From: an uncultured Acidimicrobiaceae bacterium
GTDB lineage: Bacteria; Actinomycetota; Acidimicrobiia; Acidimicrobiales; RAAP-2
Direction of reading: 5' to 3'
Assembly: GCA_963731065.1 (NCBI GenBank)
Contig: CAVSUH010000002.1
Span: forward strand, 36,503-100,502
DNA: 64,000 bases
Both the position numbers and the translations under genes were made by a program. Below the pieces are notes generated by a model that was not told where the DNA came from, made no database searches, and was given only the letters and a program-made list of their open reading frames with translations. Position 1 is the stretch's first letter, and each line of letters opens with the position of its first letter. Positions 47,655-57,054 of this stretch are shown in pieces.

Positions 47655-48940
47655 GTGAGCAGGGTCCTCGTGCTGTCCTTCGATCCCGTGACAGAACAGA
47701 TGCCCGGCCCGGCCATCCGCGCCTGGAACCTGGCGGCGCAGCTGGCGACCGAGCACGACGTGACGCTGGCCAGCACGGCGGGCGCCGACCGGACCCATCC
47801 GGCGATGGCGGTGGTCAGCGCGACCGGACCCGATGTGGACGAGCTTGCCGCTGCGGTCGATGTCGTCTTCGCCCCCTCCAGCGTGGTCCGGCGGCATCCG
47901 ATCGTCGTGTCCTCGGGCCTTCCCCTGTGCATCGACATGTACGACCCGACCCACCTCGAGAACCTCGAGGCGGTCGGCGCAGCAGGCGATGAGGCTCATG
48001 TGAAGGAGGTCGCCCACCAGGTCTCGGTCCTCAACGACGACCTCCTCCACGGCGATTTCTTCCTCTGTGCGAGCCAACGGCAGCACGACTTCTGGCTGGG
48101 TTCACTAGCGTCGCTCGGGCGTGTGAACCCTTCGACCTACGCCGCCGATCCGATGCTGCGCAACCTCGTGGCGGTGGTTCCGTTCGGCATCGACCCTGAG
48201 CCACCAGAGCCCGAACCTGGAGCGCTGCGCCATCTCTTTCCCGAGATCGGGCCCGCCGATCCGGTGCTGATCTGGGGTGGCGGCGTGTACAACTGGTTCG
48301 ATCCTCTATCCCTGCTGTACGCGATCGACGAGTTGCGGGATCGTCGGCCGACGCTTCGGCTTGTGTTCCTCGGCATGCGTCATCCGAACCCCGAGATTCC
48401 CGAGATGCGGGTGGCCACTCGGTTGCGCGCGCGGAGAGCGACCGCCTCGGGCTCACCGGAACGCACGTGTTCTTCAATCCTGGCTGGGTCTCGTACGACA
48501 GGAGAGGTGCGTACCTCCTCGACGCTGACGTGGGCGTGAGCACGCACCTGAACCACGTCGAGACGTATTTCTCGTTCCGCACACGCGTGCTCGACTATCT
48601 CTGGGCCGGATTGCCGAGCGTCCTCACCGGGGGCGACGCGTTGTCGGAAGACATCGCTGCGGCAGGTGTGGGAGCGGCGGTTCCCGATGGTGATCCTGCT
48701 GCGATCGCCACGGCCATCGAGGGGATCCTTGCTGCACCACCGGATCGGTCGGCCGTGCGTGCCTTCGGTGCCCGCTACAGCTGGGAGCGCACGGCGAAAC
48801 CTCTGCTCGACTATCGCCGCGCGCCGTGGAAGGCGGCAGACCGGGAACTCAGGGAACGGCTCCCAGGCGATGCCCGGGTGGAGGAGCAAAGCCGGCCGGC
48901 TCGCGCCAGTCGGTGGAGTGGCCGGTTGTCGCGCCATTGA
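47655..48940 (+). pseudogene. Glycosyltransferase (GT-B fold), divergent paralog of 46142-47566, -1 frame break in a GC-dinucleotide run
   Basis: VLVLSFDPVTEQMPGPAIRAWNLA, GDFFLCASQRQHDFWLGSLASLGRVNP and LIWGGGVYNWFDP (frame 3) join AESDRLGLTGTHVFFNPGWVSYDRRGAYLLDADVG (frame 2). The break is at gcgcgcgcgg, 48424-48433. Confidence 0.75.
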
Positions 48941-48948
48941 GCGCATCG

Positions 48949-50104
48949 GTGGCCATCGTGACGCCGCGCTTCGGTCCCGAAATCGTGGGCGGTTCAGAGG
49001 CGGTCATGAGCGAGATTGCTCTGGGCTTGAGCGGCCGCGGTCATCGCGTCGAGGTGCTCACCACCACCGCCATCGATCATCAGAGCTGGACGAGCGTCCT
49101 GCGGCCGGGCGTCACGGCCGAGGACGGCCTCGTGGTGAGACGGTTCGAGACCGTACCCAACCTCAGTCGCACGGGTGCCGACACGGCGACGCGCATCATC
49201 GCGCGGAGAGTCGACCACCGTCGACGAACAACTCTCGTGGTTGAGCTATCCCTTTCGCGTGCCGGATCTGTTCTTGCACCTGCTCGCCCATGGCGCGGAC
49301 TACGGTTACATTGTCTTCTCGCCGTACCTGTTCTGGACCACCACAGTGTGTATGCCTCTCGTCGCCGACCATGCAGTCGTCGTGCCCTGCCTGCACAACG
49401 AGCAGTACGCGCACCTCGAGGTGATTCGGCCCGTCCTCCGTGATCCTGCATCGGTCTGGTTCCTTTCCGAGCCAGAACACGAACTCGCCCACCGCCTGGG
49501 CCCCGTCGCGTCGCATCACGTCGTGACAGGCGCCGGAGTGCACGTGCCTGAGTCCTACGATGCCGATGGTTTTCGCTCGAGGCACGGGATTACTCGTCCC
49601 TTCGTCCTCTACGCCGGTCGGAGAGAGCACGGCAAGGGATGGGATTGGCTGTTGTCCTGCTATGTCGCCGCCATCGAGTCCGACGACCCAGGAATCGACC
49701 TGGTGACCATCGGGGCCGGAGAGGTGGACGTTCCCGTCGCGCTCAAGGACCGTGTGATCGACCTGGGCTTTCTCGACGTCGCGGAGCGCGACAGCGCTTT
49801 TGCGGCGGCATCGGCCTCGGTGCAGCCCAGCATCATGGAGAGCTTCTCGCGCACCGTGCTCGAATCGTGGCTGGCCGGCACCCCCGTCCTGGCCAGGGCA
49901 GACAGTGAAGTCGTGGTCTGGCACTGCGAGCGGTCGGGAGGAGGTCGCATCTTCGAAGACGGCGACCAGCTGGCTCGCCTCCTGCGCTGGTTGGCCGATG
50001 CCCCGTCGGAGGCCGCCGCGGCTGCCGCGGCCGGCCGGCTCTACGTACTCGAGCACTACACCTGGGCTCTCGTGCTCGACCGGATTGAAGAGGAGCTGCA
50101 GTGA
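48949..50104 (+). pseudogene. Glycosyltransferase family 4 (GT-B), +1 frame break near 49205
   Basis: VAIVTPRFGPEIVGGSEAV...VVRRFETVPNLSRTGADTATRIIAR joins GESTTVDEQLSWLSYPF...VLYAGRREHGKGWD...ESFSRTVLESWLAGTPVLA. Paralog of 43878-45083. An alternative TTG start at 48937 overlaps the upstream stop. Confidence 0.75.
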
Positions 50105-52464
50105 ACGCACGGCCGGCGGTCGTGCCACGCGTCACACTGGACATGCAGGCCGCGCAGAGCGCGACGTACAAAGAGCGAGGCGTGGCTCGCTATGCCGTGG
50201 ACTTTGCGACCGCCGTTGCCAGGCATCCGGCCCACGTGGTCGAACAGCTGCTCATCCGCGATGACTTGCCACCGGTGGGACGGATCGAGGGCCTCATCGC
50301 GGCCGGTCTGGTGACGAACCGCGCCGCGTGGGCGACCGAGGGAGGGATTTTTCACGCCCTTTCGCCGTTCGACTTGGACGTGCCGCTGGGCCTCGTCTGG
50401 CCACGACCAGCCTTCGCGCGCGGCTGGCAGTTCGTCGTCACGGTCTACGACCTCATTCCTGACCAGTTCCCGGACATCTACTTGCAGGATCCGGGCACCC
50501 GCCAGCGCTACAAGGCGCGCCTGGAGATCGTCAGGGCAGCTGACCACGTCATGACACTTTCGAGGGCCGTCGCCGACGACGTGCACGAGCGGCTCGGGGT
50601 GCCGCGTCGGCGGATCTCCGTAGTTGGCGCTGCCTGCGCCGCCTCGTTCACCCCAACGAAGGAGCGAGCCCTCGCCGAAAAGCAGGTGCGCGCCCTCGTT
50701 CCCGGAGTCGGAGCGCGCACGATCGTCTACAACGGAGCGGTCGAGCCGCGTAAGAACATGGAGCGGCTGCTGGCTGCGTTCGCCCACATTCCCCCTACGG
50801 TACGGGTCGGAGCCCAACTCGTGCTGGTGTGTCGCTTGGAGCCGCTCCAGCGCCGTCACTTCGAGCATCTGGCAGGGGTCTACGGTGTGGCCGACCAGCT
50901 CCTGCTCACGGGAGAAATCACCGACGAGGCGATGGTGGCGCTCTACCGTACGGCTGAGCTCGTGGTGTTTCCGTCGTTCGCCGAGGGCTACGGGTTGCCG
51001 GTCGCCGAGGCGATGGCCTGTGGAGCACCCGTCGTAGCATCCGACAACCCGGCGCTGGCCGAGCTGGTTGCCCCCGGCGCCACCTTCGACCCGTACAGCG
51101 AGGACGCCATCGCAGCGGCCGTGACTCGTCCCCTGGTCGACCACGATTACCGCACCCAGCTGGTCGAGTGGTCTGCCCGTCCCCGAATGACGTGGGCGGA
51201 CGTCGCCGAGCGCGCCGTTGAGACCTATTCCGAGCTTGCCTTCGACTCGACTGTCGGTTTCTCGGGCGGGGGAGACAGCAGCCGTCGGAGGCGAACACTC
51301 GCCGTCGTCACGCCCTGGCCACCCGCCGCCTCCGGCGTTGCCGTCTATTCGGCTCGGCTGGTGGAGGAGATGTCCCGTCACGTGGACGTCGAGGTGTTCG
51401 TCGAAGGCGACGAGCTTCCCGAGGCGTCCGGAGGCGATGGGCGCATCGTCAAGCACCCAGCTCGCAGCTTCAGTGCCATTGAGGCCACACGTGGCGGCTA
51501 CGACGCAGTGCTCGTCTGCATCGGCAACAGCGAATTCCATACTGTCGGTCTCTCGCTCATTCGGGAGCGCCGACTGCAGCCGGTGACCCTTGTCCACGAT
51601 ATTCGCCTGACTGAGCTCTATTGCCACGCCGCGGCACGGGGAGAAGTCCCAGAGAGGATCTTGGGCGCGCTCACTTCGATGTACGGCGCCCTTCCGCCTG
51701 GGCTGGTCCGCGATGAATGGATCCGTCCCGAGGTGGCCGAGCGCCATGGCATCTTGATGGCGCGCGAGATCATTGCGTGCAGTCGGCGGGCCATCGTGAC
51801 GTCGGAGTTCGCGGCGCGGCTCGCCCGCACCGATACCCGGGTTGGCGATGAGGCCCGGATCCACGTGGTGCCCCATGCCTACCCCGAGGTCGTCTCCGTG
51901 CAGGCAGAGCGCGACGAACACCTGATTGGGTCGTTCGGCCTGGTGAACGAGGCCAAACGGCCGCTCTTGTTGGTGCAAGCGCTGTCGATCCTGCGACTGC
52001 GGGGACGGCACGTGCGCCTCGTCTTCGCCGGCCCCGTCAGCGAGCACGACCGTCGTGAGATCGTGGCGGAGGCCGCTCGCACCGGTGTGGAGAAGGAGAT
52101 CGAGATCACCGGGCTCCTCGACGACGCTCGTTACGCGAACGTGCTGAGCCGAGTGAGCCTGGCCGTGCAATTCCGGGCCCGGACCAACGGCGAATCGTCA
52201 GGGGCGATGCACGATTGCATTGCCGGCGGGGTGCCCTTGGTTGTGACCAACCTCGGCGCGGCCCGTGAGCTGCCTGAGTTCGTGGAGAAGGTGAGCCTCG
52301 AGGTCACTGCGGAGGAGCTCGCTTGCCGCCTGGACGAGCTGCTCCGCGACGGATCGCGCCGGCAGGCCATGGCCGATGCGGGTATCTCCCATGCCCGCCA
52401 GCACGACTTCGCGCATGCCGCCGCTCTGACCCTGGCGGTCGCCGAGCTCACTCAGGCTGGCTGA
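50101..52464 (+). CDS. Dual-domain GT4 glycosyltransferase (WbdA-like two-module architecture)
   Basis: 787-aa intact ORF, GTGA overlap. First module ends in EGYGLPVAEAMACGAPVVAS; the second module has NGESSGAMHDCIAGGVPLVVT. Confidence 0.8.
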   Translation: MNARPAVVPRVTLDMQAAQSATYKERGVARYAVDFATAVARHPAHVVEQLLIRDDLPPVGRIEGLIAAGLVTNRAAWATEGGIFHALSPFDLDVPLGLVWPRPAFARGWQFVVTVYDLIPDQFPDIYLQDPGTRQRYKARLEIVRAADHVMTLSRAVADDVHERLGVPRRRISVVGAACAASFTPTKERALAEKQVRALVPGVGARTIVYNGAVEPRKNMERLLAAFAHIPPTVRVGAQLVLVCRLEPLQRRHFEHLAGVYGVADQLLLTGEITDEAMVALYRTAELVVFPSFAEGYGLPVAEAMACGAPVVASDNPALAELVAPGATFDPYSEDAIAAAVTRPLVDHDYRTQLVEWSARPRMTWADVAERAVETYSELAFDSTVGFSGGGDSSRRRRTLAVVTPWPPAASGVAVYSARLVEEMSRHVDVEVFVEGDELPEASGGDGRIVKHPARSFSAIEATRGGYDAVLVCIGNSEFHTVGLSLIRERRLQPVTLVHDIRLTELYCHAAARGEVPERILGALTSMYGALPPGLVRDEWIRPEVAERHGILMAREIIACSRRAIVTSEFAARLARTDTRVGDEARIHVVPHAYPEVVSVQAERDEHLIGSFGLVNEAKRPLLLVQALSILRLRGRHVRLVFAGPVSEHDRREIVAEAARTGVEKEIEITGLLDDARYANVLSRVSLAVQFRARTNGESSGAMHDCIAGGVPLVVTNLGAARELPEFVEKVSLEVTAEELACRLDELLRDGSRRQAMADAGISHARQHDFAHAAALTLAVAELTQAG

Positions 52465-53666
52465 TTGCCGGAGCTGATTGCCGGTGACGTATCCCAGTCG
52501 CCGTTGCGGCCGCTCCACTCGGTCCATACCGTCTCAGGATTCGACCGCCACCATCGGTGGGCGCTGTACCGACTGGCCAGCGCCCAGGGGAGGTGGCGGA
52601 GGACTCTGGCCCTGACACCGCCGCCGGGACCGTCGTCCCACCGCCACCGCAGATGGTCGACGGCCAGCTGACGGGGAGCGTTGCGCGCGATCGTCAGGCT
52701 CCGATTCGACTCGGAGAGCACCCGTACGCCGGGTCCACTGGCTCCGCCGCTGGTCGCCGACCAACGGTGCACGACCCTCAGGCGGGGCTCGTAGCGGATC
52801 CGCAGTCCGGCCAACTGCGCCCGCCAGCACCAGTCGACGTCCTCGTAGTAGGCGAAGTACGGCCGGGCTAGAGCTCCGAGGTGGTCCCAGGTAGACCGGC
52901 GGAACACCACTGCGGTGAACGACACGCCGAAGCGATCGGCCGCCTCGTCGAATCGACCGTCGTCAGGGGTAGCGATACCAACGTCGCCGGCGTAGCCGTC
53001 CTCGCGCAGATAGATGCCTGCACTGTTGACCAGACGGCAGACGGGCCCGCTCGGGGCCACGTCGCCGTCGACCTGGACGGTCTCGGGCGTGTCGGCCACA
53101 GGCGCATAGAACGGCACCGAGCCCGCGGTCCAACGCCAGCGGTCCTCACCGTCGGTCTCGAGCCGGTGGGCGCCGGCGCCAACGAGCCGGTCGAGCACCT
53201 CGGTTCCGTTCACCCGGACCGAACGGATCTGACGGCCGAGGGTGCGTTCGTCGCCCGGTGCCTGCCACGGCGGATCCGGAAGCACGACCTCACGGAAGAG
53301 TTCGGACAGGACGACCTTGGGCCCGACGGCCGCGATCGTGGGGTCTTCGAGGACGGCGCCGCTGGCATGGAGCCAGTCGGGTGGAGCCAACGCGTCGTCG
53401 TTGAGGAGGGCGACCACGGCGCCACGCGCCTTGGCGACACCGAGGTTCACCCCGCCGGAGAAGCCCAGGTTGCGCGGCGAACGGACAATCGTGGCTCCGG
53501 TGGCGGCGGTCAGGGATGAGGCGAGCGCGCCGGATGACCCGTTGTCCACCACAATGACCTCGTCCGCCTGATCGACCACCGAACGGATGCAAGGCTGCAG
53601 CCAATCCCCAGGCCGATAGGACACGATGATGACGCTTGTTGCGGGCGCCACTCTGGTGCGTGTCAC
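52452..53666 (-). CDS. Glycosyltransferase family 2
   Basis: SVIIVSYRPGDWLQPCIRSV...VIVVDNGSSG...NLGFSGGVNLG...LLNDDA GT-A/GT2 motifs. Converges on, and overlaps by 13 nt, the dual GT gene. Confidence 0.85.
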   Translation of the reverse strand: MTRTRVAPATSVIIVSYRPGDWLQPCIRSVVDQADEVIVVDNGSSGALASSLTAATGATIVRSPRNLGFSGGVNLGVAKARGAVVALLNDDALAPPDWLHASGAVLEDPTIAAVGPKVVLSELFREVVLPDPPWQAPGDERTLGRQIRSVRVNGTEVLDRLVGAGAHRLETDGEDRWRWTAGSVPFYAPVADTPETVQVDGDVAPSGPVCRLVNSAGIYLREDGYAGDVGIATPDDGRFDEAADRFGVSFTAVVFRRSTWDHLGALARPYFAYYEDVDWCWRAQLAGLRIRYEPRLRVVHRWSATSGGASGPGVRVLSESNRSLTIARNAPRQLAVDHLRWRWDDGPGGGVRARVLRHLPWALASRYSAHRWWRSNPETVWTEWSGRNGDWDTSPAISSGNQPA

Positions 53667-53956
53667 AAGGACCGAGTGGGTCGCCCCTCCTCCGTTTCCA
53701 GGCGGTCCAGCCGGGCCTGGAGGTCTTCGACTGCCTTCGACAAGCGGATGAGGCTACGGCCGAACGTCTCAGCCAGCTCGTTGGCTGCGTCACCTTGTTG
53801 ACGCAGCATGCGAGCGAGCTCTTCCATCTCCTTGTGTACGGCGGACTCGAGTCGGTCGGCCACACGTTCGGAGGACTCGTCGGCGATCTCGTTGGCCCAG
53901 GCATCGACCCGTGACTTCAACCGCCGGGGCGGAGACCCCATCAGCCCACCTCCCAT
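53663..53956 (-). CDS. Small coiled-coil protein, translationally coupled to the GT2 gene
   Basis: 97-aa helical, charged ORF (HKEMEELARMLRQQGDAANELAETF...VEDLQARLDRLETEE). Its TGA overlaps the GTG of the GT2 gene (GTGA at 53663-53666). Confidence 0.55.
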   Translation of the reverse strand: MGGGLMGSPPRRLKSRVDAWANEIADESSERVADRLESAVHKEMEELARMLRQQGDAANELAETFGRSLIRLSKAVEDLQARLDRLETEEGRPTRSL

Positions 53957-54067
53957 GAGGGTGCGGCCCCAGTCGCTACCTGAGATGGCGCGACATGGCG
54001 CTTCATGTGGGCAGAGTATAGGGCGGCCACTTCCGGACCACGGAGGCCTCCGAGTACTGTCCGTTCC

Positions 54068-54757
54068 GTGGAATCCGCCGAGGCCGATGTGGTCCTGATC
54101 GTGGGCAGTTTCCCACCGCTTCCTTCACTAGCCGCGGCGGCGACGGTCGCGACGGTGCGGCGCGAGCTCGAATCCGGCCGGACCGTCGTGACGGCTTCCC
54201 CCCGCCCCTCTGCCGCGTCGCTTGTCCTTCGCCTGACAGGCCCTCTCGGTGCCTGGCGGCTCGAGCAGGTGCGTCGCAGTTGCGCTGCGGCGAAGCTCGT
54301 CCTGTCCGTCGAACCAGGCTGGCCGCTTCCGCCGGCGACCTTCGCGGTACTTCATCGCTTCGCCGACGTGTCACTCCTGGTGTCCGAGCCCACGCCCGCG
54401 GTGCTGCGCGTCGTGAGGCGGCTGCGCCGTGGCGCCGAGGTGGTGCTAGCAGGCCAGGCGGGCCGACCGGAGGTCGTGGCAGCGGTCGCGCTCGCCGTGC
54501 CCGGAGTGCCCCTGCGGGTGGCGACCGTTCCGCCCTTGGGGACACCGGTTGTCGGGGTCACGCCCCTCGGTCCACGAGAGCGAGTTTCCTCCCGGCTCCA
54601 TTTGCCGGCGACGGGTGGTGGACGCGGCCTGCTCAGACCGTCCTCCGACTCTCTTCTTCAGATGGAAGTGGCGTGCAAGAAGAGCGCCCTGTTCATGAGG
54701 CGAGGAGCGAGACGAGCGGTGAGCGACGTGCGCAAGATGACCACGGGGGGCCCCTGA
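54068..54757 (+). CDS. Hypothetical protein with GT-B N-half-like beginning
   Basis: VVLIVGSFPPLPSLAAAATVATVRREL resembles the first beta-alpha unit of GT-B enzymes, but no C-terminal catalytic module follows. Basic amphipathic tail. Start uncertain (54005 or 54068). Confidence 0.45.
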   Translation: MESAEADVVLIVGSFPPLPSLAAAATVATVRRELESGRTVVTASPRPSAASLVLRLTGPLGAWRLEQVRRSCAAAKLVLSVEPGWPLPPATFAVLHRFADVSLLVSEPTPAVLRVVRRLRRGAEVVLAGQAGRPEVVAAVALAVPGVPLRVATVPPLGTPVVGVTPLGPRERVSSRLHLPATGGGRGLLRPSSDSLLQMEVACKKSALFMRRGARRAVSDVRKMTTGGP

Positions 54758-54779
54758 CGAAAAGCGGCCGGCACGGTCG

Positions 54780-56201
54780 GTGCGGCAGGCCACCAACCCC
54801 GAGGCGCCCGGAGGGCGCAAGTATCATGTCGCCGTGATCGGAGCCGACAGCGGCGACACCGGGGACCAACGTCCCGCATCGCAGGGAGGCGTCCTCGCTC
54901 CCGGCACAGTCCCGCTTGCGTCGACACACGGCACTGAAAGTACCGATGTCGCGCTGAGCCCGCGACCGGACGCGCCGCAGCAGCGTCTCGAGGTCGCCGC
55001 GCCCCCGAGATCTGCGTCGCGGTCCACGCCGGGACTCTGGCAGCTGCTCGATGCGGCAGCACTTTGGGCACGGGTGCGCTGGACGCTCTCGACGACAGCG
55101 GTCGCGGCCAGCTCGTTCTTCCTCGGTCTCGTGGCTATATGGGCGGCCGCGTGGATGTCCCACCACTCCGTCGCTCAAACGACTGTGCAGTGGGACGGGA
55201 CTTGGTACTACTTCATCTCCCAGCATGGCTACGTGCACGCCCTGCCGACGGCAGCGAACCAATACAACGCGCTCAGGGCCGCCTTCTTTCCGGGCCTGCC
55301 CTTCGTCGAGCGCGTCGTGCACGACATTGTCGGCGGGTCGCCGGCGAGAACGACTCTTCTCGTGGGAGGCGTCGGTCTGGTCGTGTCCTGCCTCCTTTTA
55401 CGAGTACTGGTCGCACGGATGTTCGGGGACGAGGTTGCCTGGAGGTCCGTCGTCGTCTTTGCGTTCTTTCCCGGAGCGTACGTGTTTCTCCTAGGGTACA
55501 GCGAGGCTCTCGAGATCCCACTCGCCATCCTGGTCCTGTATGCGCTCCGGCGCCGTTGGTATCTGGTGGCTGGGGTGGCCACCGCGGTGGCCACCGGCAC
55601 GCGCCTGACCGCCGTCGCCTTGGTTGCAGCCTGCGTCGTCGGTGCCGTGAGGGAGGTAGCGGCGCAGCATGCAGCGATCGTGCGCACTCGGGCGACGGTG
55701 TTCCGACTCGTCACGGCGATTGCGGCACCGATCATCGGTCTGGGCGGCCTGGTTGCCTACATGGTGTTCTTGCACCAAAGGACGGGAAGTTACCTCGCGT
55801 TCAATACCGCCGAGCGCGTCGGCTGGCACAATTCCCTCGATTTCGCGGAGCCGTTCCGTGCGATCCAAGCGTTTGCAGACAACCCGTTCTCCATTCCGTA
55901 CCAGACAATGAATGCGCTTGGCACGGTCGCAATCCTGGCCTGCCTTGCCTTGTTGGGAATCGATGGATTGCGCCGGCTGCGCTTGGAAGAGACGATCTAT
56001 GCCGCGATCATCCTTCTTGCCTGGATGTTCACTTCCAATACCGGTGCATGGTTCCGTTTTGCCGAGTCCGCCTTCCCGGTCCTCATCCTGTTGGCCCTTC
56101 GGCTCGGTCAGCGTTGGTATCCGGTCGTGGCATGTGCCGGTGCCACGATCCTCGGCATCTTGCTCATGTTCTTCCTCATGAACACAGCGTTCTCGCCGTA
56201 A
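54780..56201 (+). CDS. PIG-V-like mannosyltransferase (GT-C membrane glycosyltransferase)
   Basis: WDGTWYYFISQHGY...AFFPGLPFVERVV motif after TM1, then about 9 further TM helices. Intact paralog of 34198-35420. Confidence 0.75.
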   Translation: MRQATNPEAPGGRKYHVAVIGADSGDTGDQRPASQGGVLAPGTVPLASTHGTESTDVALSPRPDAPQQRLEVAAPPRSASRSTPGLWQLLDAAALWARVRWTLSTTAVAASSFFLGLVAIWAAAWMSHHSVAQTTVQWDGTWYYFISQHGYVHALPTAANQYNALRAAFFPGLPFVERVVHDIVGGSPARTTLLVGGVGLVVSCLLLRVLVARMFGDEVAWRSVVVFAFFPGAYVFLLGYSEALEIPLAILVLYALRRRWYLVAGVATAVATGTRLTAVALVAACVVGAVREVAAQHAAIVRTRATVFRLVTAIAAPIIGLGGLVAYMVFLHQRTGSYLAFNTAERVGWHNSLDFAEPFRAIQAFADNPFSIPYQTMNALGTVAILACLALLGIDGLRRLRLEETIYAAIILLAWMFTSNTGAWFRFAESAFPVLILLALRLGQRWYPVVACAGATILGILLMFFLMNTAFSP

Positions 56202-56262
56202 GCCTCCGGATTCGAGCAAGGCAGACTTCGAACCTCGGTTCGCCAAGGGCTAGACTCGAGCC

Positions 56263-57033
56263 GTGCCAGTATCTACCAGCTCTCTGAAGGGCCAGACGGT
56301 CAAGTTGGTCACTAGGATCGCGAGCAAGGGCGAGAGGATGTCCGCCGCCCTGCGAGCGCGCATCGATCCCTCGGTCTCGGCCGACTCGGAAGAACCCGCG
56401 GGACGCTACGGCGGGCTTTGGAACCCCGGGACAGAGATCGAGGCGATAGATCAGATCTACAACACGAAGAACATGGAGTCTTTCGAGCACGGCGGTAAGT
56501 TCGACTTCGAATCGCTCGCGCCGTACATCTCGAAGTCGATGACCGTCCTCGACTTCGGCTGCGGGATCGGCCGACTCGCCAAGTATGTAGCGCCGGAGTG
56601 TAAGGAGCTGTGGGCGGTCGACATTTCCCGCACCATGCTGAAACTCGCGACAGAGCGAATGGCCGAGTACGACAACGTCCGTTACGTGCAATCCCGGGAC
56701 ACCGGGATGCCCGACGTGCCGACCGACAGCATCGACATGGTGTACTCCCTTCTGGTCCTCCAGCACGTCGAGCGGGGGGACGCCTTCCTTCTCCTCGAGG
56801 AGATACGCCGGGTCTTGCGACCGGACGGGCGTGCGGTGCTGACGTTCCCGAACCTGCTCTCCGACATCTACCTCGAGGGTTTCGTGCACGACGCCCGTAC
56901 GGGAGCATCGGCCCAGGTCAACCGGGCCCGGGTCTACACACCCCAAGAGGTCGAGCGGATCGTCACCGCGGCCGGCTTCGACGTCGAGATAGAGGCCAAA
57001 ACAGAGGTCTGGGCCGTCGCTACGCCCAGGTAA
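56263..57033 (+). CDS. Class I SAM-dependent methyltransferase
   Basis: Motif I VLDFGCGIGRLAKYVA, WAVDIS, DMVYSLLVLQHV, LRPDGRAVL. Start is GTG 56263 or ATG 56338. Confidence 0.8.
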   Translation: MPVSTSSLKGQTVKLVTRIASKGERMSAALRARIDPSVSADSEEPAGRYGGLWNPGTEIEAIDQIYNTKNMESFEHGGKFDFESLAPYISKSMTVLDFGCGIGRLAKYVAPECKELWAVDISRTMLKLATERMAEYDNVRYVQSRDTGMPDVPTDSIDMVYSLLVLQHVERGDAFLLLEEIRRVLRPDGRAVLTFPNLLSDIYLEGFVHDARTGASAQVNRARVYTPQEVERIVTAAGFDVEIEAKTEVWAVATPR

Positions 57034-57054
57034 CTGCGAAGAGGAAACCTTGCT

